Position numbers and translations under genes: made by a program
Notes under the pieces: generated by a model
Told to the model about the DNA's origin: nothing
Databases searched by the model: none
Seen by the model: the letters and a program-made list of their open reading frames with translations, nothing else
Source of the DNA: Malassezia furfur
Lineage: Eukaryota
Length of the DNA: 50,563 bases
Direction: 5' to 3' (one strand)
Assembly: GCA_052055015.1 (NCBI GenBank)
Contig: JBQJIT010000028.1
In this document: positions 1-9,645 of the stretch, in pieces
Layout: every line of letters starts with the position of its first letter
Position numbering within the stretch: the first letter of the stretch is position 1

Positions 1-122
1 TGCTGTGGTTTTTCTTCGTTCGAGTTACATATATATCCCCTTCCCAGTAAGTCTTCTCTAGAAAGTAGGCGGATTCACGGAATGTGCCCAATTTGTGGAA
101 TTTCTCCACACTCGAGACGACG

Positions 123-1140
123 ATGCTTTGGGAGCCAAGGCTTGCGAGCTGGCGTTCTGGTGTGCGCCTTGCGCGCATGCGCCTCGATACCCCGCACCTA
201 GGACCGCACGTATCGCACAGATTTGCGTCGAGCGAGACCGATTCCAATCAGGACCGGGCAAAGGGCGCGAGAACGACGGAGCGCGATGCTTCTTCGACAG
301 CGATCGAACCCAAAGCCAACCAGCCCGCTGAACCATCCTTTACCACATCGACGTCGAAACGCGCTGCCGAAACAGACAAGCTACCGCTGCCTTATCTTTC
401 GCGACCGCTTGGCGTGAGTGGGCGCCCCACGAGCGAGACGCCGACTTGGTTGGAGCGACACCCTGAAAGGTTCGACCGCGAGGTGCGGCTCGAGAAGCGC
501 AAGCAGATCGTCCAGGAGGCGACGCGTGGCTACTTCCACGACTTTCACGAGATGCGCTCGCACGGGGGCAAGACCTGGCGGAGCCCGAATACCATGATCC
601 GGCACGATGTACGTACGATGCTTGTGTGCTTACTTCCAGAAAGCGCTCTTTTTCCCCGATGTGATGGGCACCTGCCTAGCCGATCGGAGCAAGAAGCATA
701 CTGCGGATATGCTGTTTGGCAAAGTGTCGGTGGTCGCCATCATGACCTCGAAAGTGTCGGAAGAACATACTCGGAGTTTCTACCAGGCGACGCTCGACCG
801 GTTCGGCGACGACCCGAACTTCCAGCTCGTGCAAATCAACCTACAGGAGAACAAACTAAAAGCCTACCTCATCACGCTCTTCCTGTCGACGCTGCGTGCA
901 CAAATCCCCGAGAAACTTCATGCGACGTACCTGTTGAGCCAGCAGAGCATGAATGATGTGCGCCACGACCTCGGGCTTGACAACAAGCATGTGGGCTATA
1001 CGTATCTTGTGGGCCCCGATGGCAAGATCCGATGGGCAGGCAGTGCGTTTGCCGAGCCGGACGAGTCCAAGGCGCTGGTGGCCTGTACCGCCGTGCTGCT
1101 CGAGCGCCTGGCCAGCGGCGCCGGCCAGCGTGCCACGTGA
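123..1140 (+). CDS. ATP10: Mitochondrial ATPase assembly factor ATP10 (2 exons; intron 609-639)
   Basis: ORF 84..956 (LPYLSRPLGV...RGYFHDF...GGKTWRSPNTMIRHD) joins ORF 607..1140 (KALFFPD...QLVQINLQENKLKAYL...NKHVGYTYLVGPDGKIRWAGSA) via the 31-nt intron GTACGT...CTTAC.TTCCAG. Start taken at first ATG, 123. Confidence 0.88.
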
Positions 1141-1179
1141 CGTAGACAAAAAAAGTAGGTTGCCTCGTTGCTTCACGGC

Positions 1180-4100
1180 ATGGAGCGTGTGCAGTACTCG
1201 CTGGAGCGCTCGCTCCCTCAGCTGAGGCTGCTCGATGAGCAAAAGCTCCTGTCCAAGGACGAGTTACGCTCCATCACGAGCCAGCGGCAGGCGTTCGAGG
1301 CGCGGCTGATTCGGCGCAAGGCCGACAAGGCAGACTTTGAGCAGTACCTCGCGCTCGAGCACGACCTCAACAGCCTCGTCCAGCTGCGTGCACGCACGCG
1401 CGTGCGCGAAGCGAGCAAGTCAGCACAGAAGGATGATCCCGAGTACAAGAAGCAGCTGCTGCCGCGCAACTTCTTCGCGAAGCAGGCCGCGTCGTACTCG
1501 GCGGTGTGCATCGGCATCTTTGAGCGCATGGTGCGCAAATTCCGGTACGACATCGATGCCTGGGAGCAGTACATCGCATGGGCACGCAGCCGCAAGATGC
1601 GCGTAGTCGCGGGCCGTGTGTATGCGCGCGCACTGTCGCTGCATCCTTCGCACGTGCCGCTGTGGATCTCAGCGGCGGACCACGAGCTGAACGGCAACGC
1701 GGATACCACGGCGGCGCGTGCGCTGCTGCAGCGCGGGATGCGGATGAACCAACTGGTCGATGAAGATGCCCAGCTCGCGCGCGACGCGCAAGAATACCCC
1801 CCTGCCAAGCTGCACAAGGCCCGGCACGGCACGGCGCGCGCCGCGCGCGATGCTGGCGCGCTGCGCTGGGTGCTGACTGACTACGAAAAGGACGTTCTGC
1901 GGCTCTGGGTCGAGTACTTCCGCATGGAGCTCGTCTTTGTCGAGCGGCTCCGGCGGCGGTGGCGCGTGCTGGGCCTCGACAGCGGCGCGGAAGCCACTGC
2001 GTCGCTGTCAACCGATGATGCGTTTGCGTCGGCGCGCGCTACGGCGCACACGGTCGCGCCGGAAGCGCGGGGCGCGGACGCGAGCGACGACGACGACGAC
2101 GAGGCGGTCATCGCAGCCGAGGCCGAGGTCGACGACCAGGTGCCGCATGCGGCACCTGACGAGGAAGACGCGGCGCCGACGGGCACCCGCACGACGCCGC
2201 GCGCGGGCATTGCCATCCCTCCCGGACACGCTCAGATCATGAGCGGCGCGATTCCGCTCGTGCTGCTCACCAACGCACAAAAGTCGCTCCCCGCGAGTGT
2301 CCAGCTGTATTTGTACACGACACTGCTTCAGGTGCTGGCCGCCTTCCCCTTTTTCGACTCGGTGGTGGTGCGTGAGTATGGCGAGGTGCTGTCCCTGCGC
2401 ACTTCGGACGCGCCACTTGGCTCTGGCGACCAGTTGCGCCGGCGGCTCGTCGAGGGCGTGCTGCGCTCGGTGCACACGCTCAGTGACACGGCATGGTCCG
2501 GGGCCGGGCAGCTCGCTGACGCCGTGCTGCATGCCGTGCACCCGCTGCTACACCCCTGGTCACACGGCGTGCACGCCGACATGGAGTGCACGGCGATACC
2601 CGCGTCCGTCGCCAGCGAAGAACTTGAGCAGAACGGTTTGCTGCACGGCGCGAGCCGCCTGCACCCCACCTTCGTGGCCGCACTCGACACGCTGTATGCA
2701 CTCGCCGAGATCCCTCCGTCGCTGCGCGTAGCGGACGCCGGGGCGGGCGTGCACGACCCTTGGAGCATCTGCCGCCCGGTGCTGTTTGTGTTGCAGGTTG
2801 TCTCGCTTCGCCTGGTGGAGCGCACGGCAGAGGCCGACGGCGCCGCCTCGCCCAGCGCATCGTCCGAAGACGACGGACGAATTGCGTGGCAGCCGACGCC
2901 GTACCTCGCGATGCTGTCGCAGAGCGGTGACCTGCCCGTGGTCATCCGCACGCTGACGACCGCCTTCCGCAAGCGGCTTACGGCGTCGGACGCGCCCCTT
3001 GCGCTGGCGTTCCTCGCAACGCTGCGCTTCTTGGCGAACCCGACGCGTGCGGGCATCGAAGAGAGCCATCTGTGCAAGTACCTTGCACGTGCGGAGGAAA
3101 AACTGCTCGCGACGCTCCTGCACGATGGGCCGCACCTCGACCTTGCCTGGCTCGCGATTGAGCAGCTTGTGCGTCGCTTTGCAGCACTACGTGCTGACGA
3201 TGCGGACGACGCCACGCTCACTGCGCTGTTTGCCGACGCACACCGCCTCGTCGAGACCGACGCGCTGCACCCCGGCGCATGGGCAATGTACGAGCGGATC
3301 GGCACGTGCGTCGCGGCACGCCGCCTGCCGGACCAGGATGCGGCGGCGCCATTTGCGTTCCCATCGACCGTGGACATGTCGGACGCGGGCGCGGCGCGCG
3401 CCGCATGGCTCAGCATGCTGCAGGCTTGTACCACTCCCGAAAATATCGCGCAGGATACCTCGGCGCCGGTGTGGGGCTCGCTGTTGCTCTACCTCGGATG
3501 CACGCGTACAGAGCTGCCTGACGACGCGGCGCTGCTCGCGCCGCACCCGGCACGTATTGCGCTGTGGCGCGACTTTGTGGCCTGGGCGCAGCACGGGATG
3601 CGGCCGGCGCCCGAAACGCCGTCCAAGCAGGCGCGCAAGGCCGCCCGCTGGGCATGGTCGACGTGGGAACGCGCTGTGTCGCGCACCGGCGCGCTGCTGG
3701 CCTCGTCGCAGCTCGTGGGTACCGCACGTGTGCACGCCCAGGCGCTGCACGATGCGGTGGTGGAGGACGTGTACGTCGCGGTGAGTGCGCCTGGGGAGGA
3801 TGAAGCGGACGTCGCAGAGAGCGAGCGCCGGCGTGGGTTGCAGCCCGACGATGCGCTTGCGTGGCTCCTGCAGCACAGTTCTGCGAGCGTCGCGTGCTGG
3901 CTCGCGCTCGCGCACCGCGAGGCGGCGTGGAGCGAGGCCGCCCCGGACGCGGCGCGCGCGGCGTCGGCGGCGCGCGCTGTGCGCCTGTATGAACGTGCGG
4001 TCGCGCAGGCTGAGCGCATGGACGCGGCCGGCGTCGTGGACGTATGGGCCGCGTACCTTGCCTACCTGGTGCACACGCAGCGCGACATGCGCACTGCGCT

Positions 4101-4200
4101 CGCGACGCTGCAGCGTGCGCTGCCGCGTCTGCAAGCCGCCGACGTCGCGTGGGCGCACGCGCTGCAGCGTGCCTGGCACGCATTGGTCGATAGCGCATAG
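1180..4200 (+). CDS. UTP6: U3 snoRNA-associated protein Utp6 (HAT repeats), long form of about 1006 aa
   Basis: N-terminus MERVQYSLERSLPQLRLL...QRQAFEARL; HAT-like segments LWISAADHEL...ARALLQRGMRMN and LWVEYFRMELVFVERL. Confidence 0.85.
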   Translation: MERVQYSLERSLPQLRLLDEQKLLSKDELRSITSQRQAFEARLIRRKADKADFEQYLALEHDLNSLVQLRARTRVREASKSAQKDDPEYKKQLLPRNFFAKQAASYSAVCIGIFERMVRKFRYDIDAWEQYIAWARSRKMRVVAGRVYARALSLHPSHVPLWISAADHELNGNADTTAARALLQRGMRMNQLVDEDAQLARDAQEYPPAKLHKARHGTARAARDAGALRWVLTDYEKDVLRLWVEYFRMELVFVERLRRRWRVLGLDSGAEATASLSTDDAFASARATAHTVAPEARGADASDDDDDEAVIAAEAEVDDQVPHAAPDEEDAAPTGTRTTPRAGIAIPPGHAQIMSGAIPLVLLTNAQKSLPASVQLYLYTTLLQVLAAFPFFDSVVVREYGEVLSLRTSDAPLGSGDQLRRRLVEGVLRSVHTLSDTAWSGAGQLADAVLHAVHPLLHPWSHGVHADMECTAIPASVASEELEQNGLLHGASRLHPTFVAALDTLYALAEIPPSLRVADAGAGVHDPWSICRPVLFVLQVVSLRLVERTAEADGAASPSASSEDDGRIAWQPTPYLAMLSQSGDLPVVIRTLTTAFRKRLTASDAPLALAFLATLRFLANPTRAGIEESHLCKYLARAEEKLLATLLHDGPHLDLAWLAIEQLVRRFAALRADDADDATLTALFADAHRLVETDALHPGAWAMYERIGTCVAARRLPDQDAAAPFAFPSTVDMSDAGAARAAWLSMLQACTTPENIAQDTSAPVWGSLLLYLGCTRTELPDDAALLAPHPARIALWRDFVAWAQHGMRPAPETPSKQARKAARWAWSTWERAVSRTGALLASSQLVGTARVHAQALHDAVVEDVYVAVSAPGEDEADVAESERRRGLQPDDALAWLLQHSSASVACWLALAHREAAWSEAAPDAARAASAARAVRLYERAVAQAERMDAAGVVDVWAAYLAYLVHTQRDMRTALATLQRALPRLQAADVAWAHALQRAWHALVDSA

Positions 4201-4279
4201 GCCTCCACCTGCTGATACCACGTGGCGAACGCGCGCGCGCGCGACGCGGTGCGCGGCGCGCGGTTAAAGTCTGCGCACC

Positions 4280-5806
4280 ATGTTCCGAGCCGCGGCGCCG
4301 CCCGTGGCGCACCGTCCCGAGCATGGCAAGGGCGCGCAGGTCGCGCACCACCCCACGCGTGCAAGTGCGCTGGGAGCATACCCCTTCCGCTTGAACATGT
4401 ACAGCGTGCCGCCCGTGCAAGACATCACCGTCGACGATTTCGAGAGCTGGGCGCTCGACCGCCTGCGCGTGCTCGCCGAGATCGAGACGGCCTCGGCGCG
4501 CAACCAGCCGTGGTCCGAGATCAAAGCAGCGATTGAGCGGCGCGCGAACGAGTACCTCGTGCTGCGCTCGAACGCCGTTGCGCAGTCGGGCGCGGTCGCA
4601 ACCGCGGCCGCCAAGGCCAAGGAGCTGCAGCGCGAGCGCGCCAAGGACCACGTCTCGCACTTTGTGCTGCGCCTCGCCTTCTCACGTACCGAGGAGCTGC
4701 GCCGCCGCTTTGTGCACGCCGAGACCGCGCTGTTCCGCTACCGCCTCGAGACGGAGCACTTGGCGGAACGCGAGGCGTTCCTGCGCGCCCAAGACTTTGT
4801 CTGGCGCGCTGTACCGCCCGAGGAGCAGCGGCGGCACCGCGAGCAGCTGATCGCGGTGCACCCGCGTCTCGCGGCGACGTTTGACAGCGAGAGTTTCCTG
4901 CAGGTGCCGTGGCACCGCGTCCCCGACCTGGTGGAGCGGCGCCGCGTGCTGGTGCTGCGTGGCACGGCATGGATCCCCACGAAGGAGCAGAGCAGCCTGA
5001 TTCTGGCCGAGTTTCATGCGCGGCTACAGGCGCAGCTCGAGAGCACCGCGCGGGCACTGCCGCGCCTCGACGAGGACGACCGGCTGCTGCCGGTGCTCGA
5101 GCACCTGAGTATGGGCTCGATGGTGGGGGCAACGAACGACTATACCAATGCGGCGCTTGTGGGCGTCGACGGCGCAAGCGTGCACATCACCGCGGATATG
5201 GTGGCACCGCTTGTGCGGCAACATGCGCCGCTGTGCATGCGGCATCTGCACGAGACGCTCACCACGTCGCACCACCTGCGGCACTACGGGCGACTGCAGT
5301 ACAACCTCTTCCTCAAGGAGCTCGGCCTTCCCGTTGAAGAGGCACTGCTGTTCTGGCGGCGCATGTTTAGCACGATGACCGACGACAAGTTCAACAAGGA
5401 ACACCGCTACAACATCCGCCACGGCTACGGACTCGAGGGCCGGCGCCTCAACTACCCCGCCAAGAGCTGTGCACGGATCATCACTCAGGACCCGCCGGGC
5501 CCGCAGGATACGCACGGATGCCCCTTTCGCCATTTTTCGCCACAGAACCTCTCGACGGCGCTCAGCACCTACTACCATGTCGCGCCGGACGAGCAGGCCG
5601 AGATCCTGCAGGCGGCCAAGGCGGGCCATTACCATGTGGCCTGCACGCGCCTCTTTGAAATTACGCACGCCAAGCAGGGCGTCGCGCGCGGCGACGGCCT
5701 GGGTCAGGGCGAGAGCGTCGCGCACCCGAACCGGTATATGGAGGCGAGTTGGCGCCTCGCGCAGCAGCCCGCGGAGACCGCGCCCCAGGCCATGGACGAG
5801 CGGTGA
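4280..5806 (+). CDS. PRI2: DNA primase large subunit (4Fe-4S)
   Basis: KDHVSHFVLRLAF; the four Fe-S cysteines in PLCMRHLH, KSCARII, HGCPFRH, HVACTRLFE; HLRHYGRLQYNLFLKELG. Confidence 0.95.
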   Translation: MFRAAAPPVAHRPEHGKGAQVAHHPTRASALGAYPFRLNMYSVPPVQDITVDDFESWALDRLRVLAEIETASARNQPWSEIKAAIERRANEYLVLRSNAVAQSGAVATAAAKAKELQRERAKDHVSHFVLRLAFSRTEELRRRFVHAETALFRYRLETEHLAEREAFLRAQDFVWRAVPPEEQRRHREQLIAVHPRLAATFDSESFLQVPWHRVPDLVERRRVLVLRGTAWIPTKEQSSLILAEFHARLQAQLESTARALPRLDEDDRLLPVLEHLSMGSMVGATNDYTNAALVGVDGASVHITADMVAPLVRQHAPLCMRHLHETLTTSHHLRHYGRLQYNLFLKELGLPVEEALLFWRRMFSTMTDDKFNKEHRYNIRHGYGLEGRRLNYPAKSCARIITQDPPGPQDTHGCPFRHFSPQNLSTALSTYYHVAPDEQAEILQAAKAGHYHVACTRLFEITHAKQGVARGDGLGQGESVAHPNRYMEASWRLAQQPAETAPQAMDER

Positions 5807-5814
5807 GGCGTGCC

Positions 5815-8280
5815 TTAGGGGATGCGCCGCTCACCCGTCTCCTTGTCCGGGCGGGCAAGGAGGAAACGGATGAACCGCTCGCCGTACGCCTTGGGCGCCA
5901 CAGGCGAGATGAGCCGCGCGTTGTAAAACACACTCTTCCAGATGTGCTCGCTGCGCTTGACCAGGTTGTACTGCGTAAAGAGGTCGATCACACCGAGGTA
6001 GTAGATGATGTTGGTCGGCTCGTTGGCCTCGTTGGTTGAGCGGAAGCCACCTTCGTCCGCGTAGAAGTAGTAGTAGCGCCGCTCGCTCATGCGGTTCGGC
6101 AGTTTCGTCGTGGTCTGCTCTGAGAGCGTCGTGGGGTCGGCATGGCACAGCGCAGAGCGCAGCGCGTCCGCATTGGGCTTCTCCTTGGCGCTTGTCGGGG
6201 ACTGTACTGTGGTGTCCGTGGCGGAGTACACCCCGGGCTCGGGGCTGTTCACCACAATGCTCGGCCGGCGCAGCGCGGGCTCCGGCGTGATGGGCGACAC
6301 GCCCGACTCCTCCTCGTTCTCGGGCGCGGGCTGGAAGACTTGCAGGGACTGTTGCAGCTCGTCATGGTTGCCGATGCGCAAATCGTGCAGACCAATAAGC
6401 ATGCTGTAGTCCATGATGTTAAGCCGCTGTAGCAGCGCCACGTCGCTGCGCAGCTGCATCGCCAACAGCTCGCGTTTCTGGGGGCCGAGTTCCAGGTAGC
6501 GCCCGCGCTTGACCCAGTTCATGTCCTTGAGCACTGCGTGTGCCTTGGTCGACATTTGCTCGCGCTTCACCAGGCTGCCCTTGAGGTCGTACATCTCGTG
6601 GATGTCGCGGTGCGGCGGGAACAGGTTGTTCATGATAACAAAGTGCACCTTGCGCCCACCCTGCAGCTTGACGCGGTGCAATCCGTAGAATTGGCTGAGG
6701 AGCGTGTGCGGATTCGCCCGCACATGGCGGTAATACGCGGGCAAAATCTTCATCAGAAACTTTTGCTCGTTGTGCCGGATCGTCTTGATGATGAAACGGT
6801 AGTCGCGCGAAAAGTAGAAAAAGGAGCCGCTCTTCCCTGGCGAGCCCAGCTCGGAGAGGATGTACTTGGCCGTGAGCGACAAGAGGTAGTCGGCCGTGTC
6901 GAGGTGGAAATGGTACCGCAGCTCGCGGAACACCGCGGGCGCATAGTCCTTAAACTTGAAGTCGTAGTTCGACGACGGGCTCAGCTCATTGCCCACAATG
7001 TCAAACGTAAACTTGTACTTCGCCGAAAAGTCGGCAGAGGTCAGTGGCATCCGCGGACGCGACTCGCACCGCGACACGCCGATGCGGATGCCAGTGAGCA
7101 TATGGTACATTAGCACATAGTTTACGTGCTCCTCCCCAATCAGATTGCCCATGAACGCGCGCGGCTGGTCGTGCGCCTCATCAGCGTGCGCATGGTGGTG
7201 ATGGTGGTGTGTCATCGAAAAGCGTGGCGAGCGCGGCGAGCGTGGCGATGCGGGCGCCCCTGTTGTCCGCGACGTCGACACGCGCCGCTGCGCATCCTGC
7301 TCCTTGGCACGGCGTGTACGCCGCAGCAAATCCGCGTTCTGCGCCATCTCCTCGTCAAACGTCGGCGCCGCTTCGGTGGCACCGGCTGTCGAGATGCTCG
7401 ACCAGCTCGTCGCGCCATTCAGTCGGGGCTGCGCGCCACTCGACGGGCGCCACACACCCGCATGGGCCGCGGGGCGTGACGCGGGCGCATCGGCGGGCAG
7501 CCGCACCCGCGGCGCGCTGTGGGCCGCCGCCGGCGGTGCCGACGCTGGATCGACCGAGATCCCGAGCGATCCCGTTTGTGCAACGGACGTGGGCGGCACA
7601 GGCGCCACATCCGGTTCCGCTGCCGGCACGGCTGCGGCAGCGTTTGAGTTCTGCGCCTTGCCCAACGACGGAATGTACAGGGAAAGGGGCGGCGCAGCGG
7701 CGTTCGGCGTCTCGCTCCGCGGCGACTCGGGCGCGAGCTGTGACGGGCTTGGGCTCGACGTAACCCACGTCGGAAGCGGCGGCACGGGCGGCGGTACCTC
7801 GGCGTCTGGCGCGCGCGTGCGGTTGTTCCACGGTGCCCGATCCCACGGCGGGCGCGCATCGTCGCCGCCGGTGCGCGCCGAGTGCGTCCTGCGCATGTCC
7901 TCGCCGCTCTTCCACTCCTGCGGCGTGCGCGAGTCAGGCGTGGGAGGCTCGGATGAAGCCTGTGCGTCGAGCGGGTTGGCCGTGTGTGGGCGCGTGGGAA
8001 CGCTCTCGGGTGTGTCATTGTCATACGGCACCGAAGCGCTGCGGATCCAGCGCGGCGCACGGCGGCGCCGCGGCGTGACGGCCGTTGGCTGCTGCACCGA
8101 GTCCGTCTTGGACACGTATGGCGATGCGTACGGCGCGGTGCGCGAGAGCATCACGTCGTACGTCTCGCGGGTTTTGCTGTCGCTGACACGAATCACTTGT
8201 TCTTCGGCACCGAGCGCGCGGCGGATGGCGCTCAGTGCATCGCTGTTGTACGATGGCACATGTGCCGGAGGTGCTTCCAT
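5815..8280 (-). CDS. MSS4: Phosphatidylinositol-4-phosphate 5-kinase
   Basis: PIPK domain motifs FKFKDYAPAVFRELR, SPGKSGSFFYFSRDYRFIIKTI, MYDLKGS, LKDMNW, IMDYSML, YYLGVIDLF. Start uncertain (ATG 8280 or 8346); the upstream part of the 1185-aa ORF is shadow of the opposite-strand gene. Confidence 0.93.
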   Translation of the reverse strand: MEAPPAHVPSYNSDALSAIRRALGAEEQVIRVSDSKTRETYDVMLSRTAPYASPYVSKTDSVQQPTAVTPRRRRAPRWIRSASVPYDNDTPESVPTRPHTANPLDAQASSEPPTPDSRTPQEWKSGEDMRRTHSARTGGDDARPPWDRAPWNNRTRAPDAEVPPPVPPLPTWVTSSPSPSQLAPESPRSETPNAAAPPLSLYIPSLGKAQNSNAAAAVPAAEPDVAPVPPTSVAQTGSLGISVDPASAPPAAAHSAPRVRLPADAPASRPAAHAGVWRPSSGAQPRLNGATSWSSISTAGATEAAPTFDEEMAQNADLLRRTRRAKEQDAQRRVSTSRTTGAPASPRSPRSPRFSMTHHHHHHAHADEAHDQPRAFMGNLIGEEHVNYVLMYHMLTGIRIGVSRCESRPRMPLTSADFSAKYKFTFDIVGNELSPSSNYDFKFKDYAPAVFRELRYHFHLDTADYLLSLTAKYILSELGSPGKSGSFFYFSRDYRFIIKTIRHNEQKFLMKILPAYYRHVRANPHTLLSQFYGLHRVKLQGGRKVHFVIMNNLFPPHRDIHEMYDLKGSLVKREQMSTKAHAVLKDMNWVKRGRYLELGPQKRELLAMQLRSDVALLQRLNIMDYSMLIGLHDLRIGNHDELQQSLQVFQPAPENEEESGVSPITPEPALRRPSIVVNSPEPGVYSATDTTVQSPTSAKEKPNADALRSALCHADPTTLSEQTTTKLPNRMSERRYYYFYADEGGFRSTNEANEPTNIIYYLGVIDLFTQYNLVKRSEHIWKSVFYNARLISPVAPKAYGERFIRFLLARPDKETGERRIP

Positions 8281-8462
8281 GTCGGACGATGCTTGGTGTG
8301 TCCCGGCGACACTGCCCCGGCTGTGGGGGGTGACGGCCGCCAGCATCGTCTTGGAACTGGACGCCTTCCGCTGCCTTCCGCGTTTGGCGGCGCCCCCCAC
8401 CCCACAGCCTCTATGTGGAGGCATAGTTCCCAGGCGCCGCGCGCCTTCGGCTGGGGGGCGCC

Positions 8463-9620
8463 ATGTTGTCGCCGCCGCCGGGCGCGATGCACGAGGAGCC
8501 GTACGGCGTCCCGGACGCTGTGCTGCACGATCTTGATGACGGGGCATGGCGGACGCACACGTCCTTCTCGTGCTCGCCGCGCGATTTCCGGCTTCCTGCT
8601 GCGATGGCGGTCGAGGAGGGCATGCACCACCGGCGCAGCAGCTCGCGGCGCGCCGTGCTCCCGCGCGACAAGCACAAGATGCGCGTGTCTGAGATGCTGC
8701 ACGGCGAAAAGAACCCGAGCGAGTTTGAGGTAGCATCCGAGGCGCGGCTACAGCGCCACCTGCTCGGCACCACGGACCGCCGCCGCCGCGAGTGGGCGCA
8801 CGACGGCACCTCCCGGGTGCCATGGCGACGTCCGGCGCACGAGGCGCGTATCGCGAGCCTGTTTGGTACGGCGCGCGGCGCAACGCATGAGGTACCGACG
8901 GCGCCGCGCGACCCTGGCGCGCTGCTCGACGAGGAGCTCGACGACTGGATGCCGAGCACCCCGCTGGCGCTCGAGGCGCCCTACTCATCGGAGGACGACG
9001 AACCGATCGACGACGACCCGCGCAGCTCGCCAATGGATGCGACCGAGGAGCTGCTGTTTGGAGCGGCCTCGCTCTCGATGCACGCCGCGGCACCCGTGCC
9101 CGTGCCCGGCGCCGAGGCGCAGGCGGCCCACCTCGGCACCAAGCGCAAGCACGAGAGCAGCACGAACGACGACTCGCCCGGGTGGGCGCGTCGCCGCCGT
9201 CCGATGCTGCTTGCGACACGCAAGGCGAGCGCTCGCACGTCGGGGATACACAGCACGTCGCCGCGCAGCACGTCGCCGCGCCGCGTCTCGCTGCTGCACG
9301 GACAAGGTGCGCTCGTCTCGCCGAGCTCGTCGCCGCTCGCGCTCGGCGAGCCGCGGCGGCGCGCGAGCACACCTATCGCGCAGGGCAGCGTGCTTGCGCC
9401 GTTCGAGAGCGCAAGCGGCACGCGTACCTCGCGCCCGTCGTCGCCCAGCACCGCCTGGCGCACGCATACCGGCTCCGGACCAGGCTACGGCAGCGGCGCG
9501 ATCGGCCTGCGCCTCGGCGTGCACGCACCCTGGGAAGGCGTGTCGCTCAGCTCGTGGCTCGGCGGCCAGGCCGAGGGCCGCGAGGTGGACGAGGGGGTGC
9601 GGTGCATGGGCCTGGGCTAG
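8463..9620 (+). CDS. Hypothetical Ser/Pro/Arg-rich protein, 385 aa
   Basis: ATG-initiated ORF filling the gap between MSS4 and HIS7, with coding-like codon use and a KRK basic patch. No recognised domain. Confidence 0.7.
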   Translation: MLSPPPGAMHEEPYGVPDAVLHDLDDGAWRTHTSFSCSPRDFRLPAAMAVEEGMHHRRSSSRRAVLPRDKHKMRVSEMLHGEKNPSEFEVASEARLQRHLLGTTDRRRREWAHDGTSRVPWRRPAHEARIASLFGTARGATHEVPTAPRDPGALLDEELDDWMPSTPLALEAPYSSEDDEPIDDDPRSSPMDATEELLFGAASLSMHAAAPVPVPGAEAQAAHLGTKRKHESSTNDDSPGWARRRRPMLLATRKASARTSGIHSTSPRSTSPRRVSLLHGQGALVSPSSSPLALGEPRRRASTPIAQGSVLAPFESASGTRTSRPSSPSTAWRTHTGSGPGYGSGAIGLRLGVHAPWEGVSLSSWLGGQAEGREVDEGVRCMGLG

Positions 9621-9645
9621 CGTGGGTGGGCTGTTGGTATGTTTT

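Noticed and set aside
3187..4660. Long antisense or alternative-frame ORFs (e.g. 3410-4660, 12170-13519, 19782-21245, 31778-33544, 33635-34951)
   Set aside because: They lie opposite well-supported genes, show no recognisable motifs, and are expected from high GC3 codon bias.
8347..9372. N-terminal third of the 1185-aa minus-strand ORF as part of MSS4
   Set aside because: Arg/Ala/Cys-rich shadow translation overlapping the + strand gene 8463-9620; stop codons are simply scarce at high GC.
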